From a virus, in the IMG/VR virus record IMGVR_UViG_3300012925_000001: a DNA stretch of 64,000 nucleotides; one strand, written 5' to 3'. Shown in pieces: positions 50,703 through 58,414 of the stretch. The notes under the pieces were generated by a model. It saw only the letters and a list, made by a program, of their open reading frames with translations. It did no database searches and was not told where the DNA came from. Numbering within the stretch: position 1 is the stretch's first letter; every line of letters begins with the position of its first letter. Position numbers and translations under genes: made by a program.

Positions 50703-53348
50703 CTACGGCGTTGTACTCAACAGCATGTAAAGTGTTATGCCACTAATTGTTATAGGAAACGATCGGTTAGCTACAGCTGTGGAACCTGCGATTCCAGCAG
50801 CATTGATCGAAAGAGGTTTGCTGAGATTCAGAGTTCCATCCTGCTGAATATCGGGGCCAAGCTGGCCATTATTGACAAAAAATTGCATTGTCTTTAGGGC
50901 GTTGAATTCTAGCCTGTTTGGAAAATTAACCGTGTCTACAGCTACACCGTTGAAATTGCCAGAACCCAGGTTCCCGCAACCTGTTGAGATCGTCAAACAC
51001 AAAGAATCTAGGCCAGCAGAACCTCCAGGGACTAGACCTATTTGTGTAGTGCCTGTCCCCGCAAACACAGATCCTGAAGTGTTCAATTGAGTTGCATTGA
51101 TGCCCCCGTTTACTGTAAATATCCCATTGGGGAACATGGTCACCCAAGTTGTACCTAGAGTTGAGAAATTCAATATTCCCGCCGGGGTACTTTGCAGCTG
51201 CCAGTCGTTGACCCCTGAGGCAGTTCCTCGAATGCTTATTGACGTTCCAGCCGCATTTGAACTTGAGAATATGGTATTTACTATAGCCGAGTTGAAGTTA
51301 GTCCAAGAACCGATTCCAGTATTGGTGGAGACCGCTGTGATCCCAGTGGCTTGACCACCTGAAGCTTGTAAGAACGGTGTTCCAACTGATTGAGCATCAT
51401 TCAGGAATCGCAGGAAGAAAGACCCGTTCAACCACAGCGAATCAGCTATATGATTATTGGTTGTTCTAGACTGGTCGTAGTAGACCACTTCCGCGCCCAC
51501 GCCGGGATTGCCGACTAACGCCACACCAGTATTCGTGATGCTTGCAGGCGTGAAGTTGGCAGTAGCGTTTACTGTTCCCGCGGCTGTGATGTTTCCAGTG
51601 GCTGTGATTGTTGTACTAGCAATGATGTTTGGTGTGGTCGTGCCAATAGGCCCAGGCGCGAGCAGAGCGTTGTTGATTCGGGCTGCCGCAATATTACCGG
51701 TAGTGATGTTAGCTCCGTTGATCGCTGTGATACCGGAGCCTGGTCCGACGAAGCCTGTAGAGGCTGTGATCGTAGTACCGCCAAGCGTAGTAAACGTTCC
51801 AGCTGCGGGCGTGGTGCCTCCAATAACGGTCCCGTTTATGGTTCCACCAGTGATTGCAGCAACTGGGAACCGTGCTGGAGCAAGCGTGCCTGAGGAGATG
51901 TTCGAAGCGTTGAGCGCAGTCAGCTGTGATCCGTCGCCAGTGAAGCCTGGGCTGGCTGTAGTTGAGACATTCCCGGTTGCTGTGATCGCGCCGGTAGAGA
52001 TCGAGCCGGAGGTTAGCAAGTTGGCGATGGTTGCGGTAGTGGCAGTGGCGAGGCCGGTGACTGAGATACCTGCTCCGAAGTTCTGGCCAACCGTGAAATT
52101 GTTGATGACGTCCGTATAGGCGATGTCCGGTGGGAGTTGTGCTTGCAGGATGTGGCCACCAGCGTCCAGCCCAGCATAACCATTAGGCTGATTCTTCTGG
52201 TTCGAGGGTTGGGCAGCATTGGCCACAGTCAGTGCAGTGTTGGCCGTCGATAAGGCGTTCGAGGCCACAGCCAGCACCGAAGCGTCCCCATTGTCCACGT
52301 AGAGTTTGTTCGCGGCCTGTGTGTTGGTCGTAGGCTGACCGGACAGGTTCAGCGGCCCGGTCATTGTATCGCCGGAGCGATTGACCTTGGCATTCCAGTT
52401 GGTTTGGTCGCCAGTGGTTGGCAGGTAGAAGCCTGCGGACGTAGCTACAGAAATCTGCGGCGTTGTGGAACCAAAAGCTACAGATACCGTAAAGCCGTTA
52501 GCGGTGGTGCCCGTGACGTTCGTGACCGTGCCGCCACCGATCGGGACCTTGGTGAACAAGCCTGTGGTGGCATCGTAGGCGACTAAGGCCTGACCTGCGG
52601 TCTGTGTGATCGACTGTGGGAACACGCCGGGTGAGCCACCGCCAAAGCCGCCAGCTGCCCAAGCGTAGGAGTAGGTTATGCCTGTCTGCGGCGTCACCTG
52701 GATCAGGTACAGGCCAATGTTCGTGAAGAAGGAATAGTTCCCGTATTGGTCGGCGGATTGAGGATTCGCGATCGGCACAGTCAGCTGCGAGTCGGCATAC
52801 AACGAGACTCCAGTGGTCGGACAGGGAGAGCCGAATGCAGTTACGCGGCAGACCCGCACGAGTGCACCAGATGCTGGCTGACCGCCGGGCGAAACAACCT
52901 GACCTGACACGGCTGAAGCATTCGAAGACTGAGCTGTAGTGATAGGCGTGAACGCTAGGCAGCACAGCATCACGACCATAGCCGTGACAACTGTTACCAG
53001 GTTCAGCTTAGCGCGCGAATTCTGTCGATGCCATTCTGTCATGCAAGCTTTGTGGACCAGGTAGTTCAGCTTTTTGCCGCCACCTGAATGTAGTTGGTCG
53101 TCACGTAGCTGGCCTGTTGGCTCCCAGTTGCCGCCGGTCATGCGCGACTCCTCGATGCCGATCCGGCCGCCGTTCGGGCAGGAGTCTAGAGCGCACTGGC
53201 CCTGTTGCTCAGCCCACAAGAGTTGCTTGCGCCGGATGTATTCAGCCCGACCGGGTGGATTATTCAAACAGATCTCTCGACCGTCATCGTAGCGGCGAGT
53301 CGCAGGCTCCTGTGGTGCCTGTCTAAACCTTTTGCGCATATACCGCAT
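50703..53348 (-). CDS. tail fibre protein, paralog of 49180..50685, with in-frame 102-aa N-terminal extension
   Basis: Same N-domain and NRSGDTMTGPLNLSG...NKLYVD; FTGDGSQLTALNASNISSGTL fibre repeat; a canonical signal-like start begins at internal ATG 53042 (MTEWHRQNSRAKLNLVTVVTAMVVMLCCLAFTPITTA|QS). Confidence 0.8.
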   Translation of the reverse strand: MRYMRKRFRQAPQEPATRRYDDGREICLNNPPGRAEYIRRKQLLWAEQQGQCALDSCPNGGRIGIEESRMTGGNWEPTGQLRDDQLHSGGGKKLNYLVHKACMTEWHRQNSRAKLNLVTVVTAMVVMLCCLAFTPITTAQSSNASAVSGQVVSPGGQPASGALVRVCRVTAFGSPCPTTGVSLYADSQLTVPIANPQSADQYGNYSFFTNIGLYLIQVTPQTGITYSYAWAAGGFGGGSPGVFPQSITQTAGQALVAYDATTGLFTKVPIGGGTVTNVTGTTANGFTVSVAFGSTTPQISVATSAGFYLPTTGDQTNWNAKVNRSGDTMTGPLNLSGQPTTNTQAANKLYVDNGDASVLAVASNALSTANTALTVANAAQPSNQKNQPNGYAGLDAGGHILQAQLPPDIAYTDVINNFTVGQNFGAGISVTGLATATTATIANLLTSGSISTGAITATGNVSTTASPGFTGDGSQLTALNASNISSGTLAPARFPVAAITGGTINGTVIGGTTPAAGTFTTLGGTTITASTGFVGPGSGITAINGANITTGNIAAARINNALLAPGPIGTTTPNIIASTTITATGNITAAGTVNATANFTPASITNTGVALVGNPGVGAEVVYYDQSRTTNNHIADSLWLNGSFFLRFLNDAQSVGTPFLQASGGQATGITAVSTNTGIGSWTNFNSAIVNTIFSSSNAAGTSISIRGTASGVNDWQLQSTPAGILNFSTLGTTWVTMFPNGIFTVNGGINATQLNTSGSVFAGTGTTQIGLVPGGSAGLDSLCLTISTGCGNLGSGNFNGVAVDTVNFPNRLEFNALKTMQFFVNNGQLGPDIQQDGTLNLSKPLSINAAGIAGSTAVANRSFPITISGITLYMLLSTTP

Positions 53349-54222
53349 TGATAGCCTCCAGGGATTGCCTGATTTTGGTCGTAAGATCCTGCGTGTGATG
53401 TGCGGCTGTAGTCAGTGGCGCAGCGCCGGTAGCGATTCGCTCGGCTTGTTCCTCAGGAGACTCGGAAGCTACGTTAGCTGACCAAGGCTGGTTAGCTGGC
53501 CATAGCTCAGCGAGAGAAGTTATCTGCTGCTGCAAGGCAGCTATCTCAGCGCGGAGCTGAGCCTCGCGTTCAGCAGCGCCCAGAGCATAGTCCAGAGTAG
53601 CTGCGTTCGTGGTCAGGTTCTGCTGCTTGCGCAAGACTTGCATGCGGTCATCCAGGCGCTGCTTCTGAGTAACCGGCACCTTGATATCCATGATCACGCG
53701 AGGCTCGACCAAGGCCTTAGGTGAGGCTTGCTGGTTGCGTTGCTCGACCAACAACGCAAACTTGCGCATCGGCAGCGCACGAGCTTCCTGGAGCCAGGCG
53801 TATTCGGCCCAGACGTTAGGATGGATCCGAGTCAGCAGCCTAGCAGCTTCAACGGTCACCGTACTCATCTGGTCCATAGTCAGCCCGTCAAGGCGCTCGC
53901 CAAGGACCATATAAGTCCCCCACATGGACTGACTGAGGCCGAGGTCTTCCCGAGCTGCGTCTTCGTCGACGAAGCCAAGTTCCTGCCAGGCTTGACGTTG
54001 GCGTAGCTTCCAGCCGTAGAAGGCGATCTCGACCAGGGAGTTGCGGAGCTTAGTCGCCGCTGACCGCACCTTACTAAACATCTCAGGCGACGACAGTTCG
54101 CCGCTGGCCATGATCTGCGGCTGCGGCTGGATTGGGAATTTTGTGGGGACAAGACTGGGCCGCCCCTGATTTGCAACCTGAGCGGCTAGACTGGATGTGC
54201 GGACTGAATCGTTGGAGGCCAT
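53323..54222 (-). CDS. hypothetical protein, possible ParB/KorB-like HTH
   Basis: 299 aa; WQELGFVDEDAAREDLGLSQSMWGTYMVLGERL resembles ParB-type HTH; coiled-coil C-terminus; call is tentative. Confidence 0.6.
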   Translation of the reverse strand: MASNDSVRTSSLAAQVANQGRPSLVPTKFPIQPQPQIMASGELSSPEMFSKVRSAATKLRNSLVEIAFYGWKLRQRQAWQELGFVDEDAAREDLGLSQSMWGTYMVLGERLDGLTMDQMSTVTVEAARLLTRIHPNVWAEYAWLQEARALPMRKFALLVEQRNQQASPKALVEPRVIMDIKVPVTQKQRLDDRMQVLRKQQNLTTNAATLDYALGAAEREAQLRAEIAALQQQITSLAELWPANQPWSANVASESPEEQAERIATGAAPLTTAAHHTQDLTTKIRQSLEAINAVYAQKV

Positions 54223-54291
54223 TGCCGCCAGTGTAGCTGGGCTGGCAGGGTTAGGGATAGAGTTTTACATGGATTTCTGCTGGTTCCAACC

Positions 54292-54510
54292 TTAGCTCAT
54301 ACGCTGATATTGATATTGGTTCAGGATAGACTGGTTGAAGTAGGCTTTTGGACGCATGCCTGACGTAGCAAATCCTTCAGCGGTAAGCTGCGGCACCCCT
54401 TGATACGTGTAGACCGGACCTCGGTTGAACGTTATGTACAGTGTCTGCGTATCGTCGTCGTATTGGACTTGCTGGATATTGCCGCTAGGATCAGTTGGGA
54501 TCACGCGCAT
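54292..54510 (-). CDS. KTSC-domain protein
   Basis: IQQVQYDDDTQTLYITFNRGPVYTYQGVPQLTAEGFATSGMRPKAYFNQSI fits the KTSC (PF13619) pattern; ATG 54510 after GGTGAGG. Confidence 0.65.
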   Translation of the reverse strand: MRVIPTDPSGNIQQVQYDDDTQTLYITFNRGPVYTYQGVPQLTAEGFATSGMRPKAYFNQSILNQYQYQRMS

Positions 54511-54563
54511 GTGGCTAGCCTCACCTGGACAACACAATATCATGTAAACTAGTCCATAACAAC

Positions 54564-55370
54564 ATGCCAACTATTCCCGCTGCCGGAGTCCCACTACGTG
54601 AGGTTTTTCAAGCTAACTCTGCAGACACTGCAGCAACTCCTGTCATTACCCTGGGCACTCTTGCTACGTCGATCGGCTGTTCAGTTACTACTCTGGTGCC
54701 GCTGGCGGAAGCCGGATTTCTAAGGCTGAAATCAGCGCCACCATTGACGAGTCAGAGTTACGTAGAGGTCGTGCCTGAGGCTGCAGTGGTATGGCTGCGG
54801 TCCTGGATCCAGCCTGTGCAGGCCAAGCCGTTGTTCTCGGCTGCGGATCTGGCTGATTTGTTGGAGGTCACCACAGCCGAGGTCGTGAAGGTAGCCGCGC
54901 AGCATGCGATCCCGACAGCCTGGGAGCCGGGGCTGGGTGGGTTCACGTTCAGCGTGTTCGCGGCCAGGCAGCTAATCCTCGCTGTTGTGCAGTCTCGTCA
55001 GGTAGCCGTCGAAGCTCCCCGATGGGACCGTCAAGCCATGCTTTGGCTCCTGCTCGAAGGAGATCCCGAGGCAGCGTTCCGCCAAGTCCCGTTGACGTAT
55101 TCCGAAGCAATCGAAAAAGAGATCACCCGAACTCTGAGTCTGGAGGGACCTGCTCGAAGCTTGCGCGCTGCCGCTTTGATCGAGAGGTTTGAGGACGCGC
55201 GACGGCTGCTGGCGGCTGCGGCTGCTAGCCACGGCTCTCAGACCTCGTCACAGCCCGCTTCTCAGCCCGGCCACGACGTTCCTGCCGACGAGCATGCGTC
55301 CGCGAAATTCGCGCGCCTGTTCTCGCAGCTAAGGCCCGTTCCTGCACCTTCCGGCCGTGCTCGCCCTTAA
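54564..55370 (+). CDS. hypothetical protein with two HTH-like segments (opposite-strand insert)
   Basis: ITLGTLATSIGCSVTTLVPLAEAGFL and FSAADLADLLEVTTAEVVKVAAQHAIP look like MerR/excisionase-type HTH; minus frames here are broken by stops. Confidence 0.65.
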   Translation: MPTIPAAGVPLREVFQANSADTAATPVITLGTLATSIGCSVTTLVPLAEAGFLRLKSAPPLTSQSYVEVVPEAAVVWLRSWIQPVQAKPLFSAADLADLLEVTTAEVVKVAAQHAIPTAWEPGLGGFTFSVFAARQLILAVVQSRQVAVEAPRWDRQAMLWLLLEGDPEAAFRQVPLTYSEAIEKEITRTLSLEGPARSLRAAALIERFEDARRLLAAAAASHGSQTSSQPASQPGHDVPADEHASAKFARLFSQLRPVPAPSGRARP

Positions 55371-55482
55371 CCGCAGCTTCGAGTTTCCGAGCTGGAATCG
55401 GATTGCCTTCCTTGACGCCTAGATCACGATGTAACTGACCCTTATGAGCACCAAAAGCCTTTGCCATCCATTTCTTTGCCAT
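55225..55482 (-). CDS. small basic protein
   Basis: GGAGGA SD, ATG 55482 two nt after upstream stop; Arg/Lys-rich; 3' end overlaps the 3' end of 54564..55370. Confidence 0.55.
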   Translation of the reverse strand: MAKKWMAKAFGAHKGQLHRDLGVKEGNPIPARKLEAAVKGEHGRKVQERALAARTGARISRTHARRQERRGRAEKRAVTRSESRG

Positions 55483-55484
55483 GA

Positions 55485-55721
55485 TTAGTCTTCCTCCTCT
55501 AAGTCCTCTAGAGCTTTGTTGATGTCTGCTACAACGTCTTCGGCTGGCCGTTTGACCAGGAATCCTTCGCCGGTCGAAGGTGACTGGCCGGCAAAGAATA
55601 TGCTGCACGTATCGCCGCCTTCGTGTTCTTTGACAGCTACGACCTTGCGCGGCTGAATGCTGAGATAGCCGTCAATGTCGATCAGGAGAGCCTGCTTGCT
55701 GCGTGTCAGCTGTGGTCTCAT
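55485..55721 (-). CDS. hypothetical small protein (C-terminal VKRPAEDVVADINKAL motif)
   Basis: ATGA-type overlap with upstream 898-aa gene; 78 aa. Confidence 0.6.
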   Translation of the reverse strand: MRPQLTRSKQALLIDIDGYLSIQPRKVVAVKEHEGGDTCSIFFAGQSPSTGEGFLVKRPAEDVVADINKALEDLEEED

Positions 55722-58414
55722 TGCGGGGCCTCTTCATCCTCATCCTGATCCTGAAACAATGGGTTGCGTGATTTGATTTTATTCTTGCCCTTGGCAGCTT
55801 CCTTCTCAGCCCGCTGTTGCATTCTAGTCTTAGAAGCTTCGACTTGTTTTGCCATCTCGTCAATGGAGGCTTGGTCAACGTCAGGCTTGCTGGGAGTTTG
55901 CTGTTGTTGCGCTTTGTTGGCTGCAACGCCAGCACCGAGCAGTCCCAGCCACGGGCTTGGGCGTTTGAGTTTGCCACGTTTCTCGGCTTCGGTGGCCAGC
56001 TGCCGGATCATCTCCTCGACACCAGTGCGCTGCTCGGCAGGCAACGCCATGACTTTGCGTAAACCTTCAGCTGTGGGCTTAGACAGCTCAGCGATCAGCT
56101 TCGGCGAGTCCATCATGTTGGCGATGATGCGCGGACCGAGTGCGATGCCGAGCGTGATCGCGCCGGTGCTAAGAGCTGTGGCTAGCGGGTGAGCGCCCGC
56201 GCCGGTTATCGATCGCGCTAGGCCTTCAACCAGGCCAAGGCCGCTGCCGACTACGCCTGCGATCCGGTATGGCGAGACTTCGCGCATCTTGACCAGCTTA
56301 GTTAGCATGTTCAGCTTGCTGAGTTCTTGGATCTTCTCAGGGGTCAGGTCGGTGACGTCAGCTTTGACAGGCTCAGGTACCGCAGGTTCCGGCTTATACT
56401 TGGGCTCAGGCACGGTTACTTGAGCTGGTTCAGTCGGAACTTTAGCTTGAGCTTTGGCTGTAGCAACTTCGGTAGGCAAAGCTTTGCGCTGGCGAATTGT
56501 ATCGCGCAGCTGATCGACTAGTTTACCCGCGTTCGGATCGAAGTGTGGCGTCAGGCCGTTCGGCTTACCGGTCAGCATCTGCCGAGCGCGGTTCGCCTCA
56601 GCCGGGTTCGCGTCGAGGAAAGGCTGTGTAGCGTTATAGGAATCAGCAGCTTTGATGCCCGCAGCAACTGGCGAACCTGATCCCGAGGGGCCGGTGTTCT
56701 CGAAGAATGTGTTTTTATAAGTCTGCCAGTAGTTCTTGGCACGAGTCAGCTTCGAGCCCGCGCCGTACTCGTCAGCCATATGCTTGATCATGGCGTCGGT
56801 TTGGTTCTTGACGTGACGTAGAGCATCACGGACATCGCCCGCCATCTGATAGCCGCCCTGACGGATTGCTTTGCCGAGTTCCGAGCTATAACCCATCAGG
56901 TGGTTGATGTCGATGGACTTCTCGGCAGGCTCCTCAGTAGCACGATCAGCTTCATATTTATCGTTGGTATCAGCTACGATTTTCTTGACAGCCTCGATCT
57001 TGCCTTTATCAGTGATGCTGGCAAAGTCCTTAGCTCCGAGCGATCGAGCTACTTGATCATAGAGGTTTGTTGTGCCAGCTTCGGACTTAGCTCGATTCAG
57101 GATGTCCTCGAACACTTTATGCGAACCTTCAGAGCCGAGGTACTTATCCTGAGCTTCGCCGACAGCTTCAACTAGAGGTGCCATTGGTTCCGTAGCATTG
57201 CCGACTTGCTTGCGGACTGTGTCATATAGCTGGTCAACGGCAACCTTGGCACCAGCTTGGACCTGAGGTAGCCGGCGGTAGATCCGGTCACGTAGCTCCA
57301 GTTCTTGCCGGGCAAGCTGACCGCGCTGTGTGTCAGCTTCGGTCGCGTTGTTAGCTGTGTCAACTAGATCCTGATGAGCTTGGTTCGCAGCTTCCTGTTT
57401 CTCAGCAAGCTTGTTCTGGTACTCAGCTTTCTTCTCGATGTTGGCCTGGCGTATGTCAGCAATGTTGTCGGAGTGCTTTTCGAGCGCAGCCTGAGTTTTA
57501 TCCGCAGCCTTAGCAGTTTCCTCGACGTTCTTCGCACCCGTCTCCAAAGCGATCTTGCCGACCGACGAAGGTGAAGTGTTGACGATCGCACGCTGGCCTG
57601 TAGCTACTTTGTCCGCCACCCAGTTCTTGATTTCTGCAGGTGACCGTGTAGCTGCATGCAGCACGTCGCCTTGGCCCTGGAACTCAGCAATCGTCCCAAC
57701 CGGATCATCCAGCAGCTTCTGCTTGATGTCCTTGAGCTCGGCTGTCATTTTGTCCTTGGCAGCCTTGATCGTGTCTGCTGATTCGTAACCTTCAGCCTTG
57801 AGCTTGGCGATGCCCTCGTCACCGATAATGGCACCGGTTACGCCGCCTACGACATCAGGGAGCTGCTGGACTACAGCTTTGGCTGTGTCCCAGGGATGGA
57901 GTAGAGCGGACGCCGCGCCGCCGATACGCTTCCGAGCATAGTACTCAGCGACGTTCTCGCCACCGCCAAGCTTCGGATCGCCGTAGAGAAGTTTGTCCGT
58001 GTATGTAACTTGATCGTCAGGCGTGTTGTGCTGGATCGCCGGCCGGGTTAGGTAGTTAATAACGCGATCGCGCCAGCCAGGTTCTTGAGTCGGGACTTCC
58101 TGCTTGACGTGGCCGGCGATAGCGTCGTAGTCAATGCCTGAGGTCGTGGCAGGAGGCGGCGTAGTGAGCTGACTGGATGCCGGAGCGATCGGAGGCGCAG
58201 CAGCAGCCGCCTGTGGGTTCGCAGCAGCGGCTTGCAAGTCAGTACCGGAAGCATTGATGAACTGGTTGACAGAAGGCGCAGTTGGCTTGGCAGCAGGCTT
58301 CGTAACCTTCACGGCCGGGTGCCCAGCAGGCAGCTTAGCCGGCGGAGGCACAGCCGCCTTCACGCCCTGTGCAATAGCATCATAGTCGATCGTGCCTGCG
58401 CTCTGGCCATCCAT
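55718..58414 (-). CDS. large internal-virion/ejection-like (or tape-measure-like) protein
   Basis: 898 aa, long helical/coiled-coil, duplicated IDYDAIAxxVK N-terminal motif, hydrophobic segments near C-terminus; position before the fibre genes. Confidence 0.6.
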   Translation of the reverse strand: MDGQSAGTIDYDAIAQGVKAAVPPPAKLPAGHPAVKVTKPAAKPTAPSVNQFINASGTDLQAAAANPQAAAAAPPIAPASSQLTTPPPATTSGIDYDAIAGHVKQEVPTQEPGWRDRVINYLTRPAIQHNTPDDQVTYTDKLLYGDPKLGGGENVAEYYARKRIGGAASALLHPWDTAKAVVQQLPDVVGGVTGAIIGDEGIAKLKAEGYESADTIKAAKDKMTAELKDIKQKLLDDPVGTIAEFQGQGDVLHAATRSPAEIKNWVADKVATGQRAIVNTSPSSVGKIALETGAKNVEETAKAADKTQAALEKHSDNIADIRQANIEKKAEYQNKLAEKQEAANQAHQDLVDTANNATEADTQRGQLARQELELRDRIYRRLPQVQAGAKVAVDQLYDTVRKQVGNATEPMAPLVEAVGEAQDKYLGSEGSHKVFEDILNRAKSEAGTTNLYDQVARSLGAKDFASITDKGKIEAVKKIVADTNDKYEADRATEEPAEKSIDINHLMGYSSELGKAIRQGGYQMAGDVRDALRHVKNQTDAMIKHMADEYGAGSKLTRAKNYWQTYKNTFFENTGPSGSGSPVAAGIKAADSYNATQPFLDANPAEANRARQMLTGKPNGLTPHFDPNAGKLVDQLRDTIRQRKALPTEVATAKAQAKVPTEPAQVTVPEPKYKPEPAVPEPVKADVTDLTPEKIQELSKLNMLTKLVKMREVSPYRIAGVVGSGLGLVEGLARSITGAGAHPLATALSTGAITLGIALGPRIIANMMDSPKLIAELSKPTAEGLRKVMALPAEQRTGVEEMIRQLATEAEKRGKLKRPSPWLGLLGAGVAANKAQQQQTPSKPDVDQASIDEMAKQVEASKTRMQQRAEKEAAKGKNKIKSRNPLFQDQDEDEEAPQ

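Noticed and set aside
44124-52119. Long shadow ORFs within the fibre genes (44124..44708 -, 45941..46465 +, 51508..52119 +, 52498..52965 -)
   Set aside because: They are V/P/A-rich or R/H-rich off-frame or antisense translations of the T/G/A/S-rich fibre genes, and each is fully nested in a better ORF.
55225-55977. Upstream extension of ORF 55225..55608 and alternative-frame ORF 55672..55977
   Set aside because: Both overlap better-supported genes (55485..55721 and 55718..58414) and encode Arg-rich off-frame sequence. A GGAGGA SD supports the shorter start at 55482.
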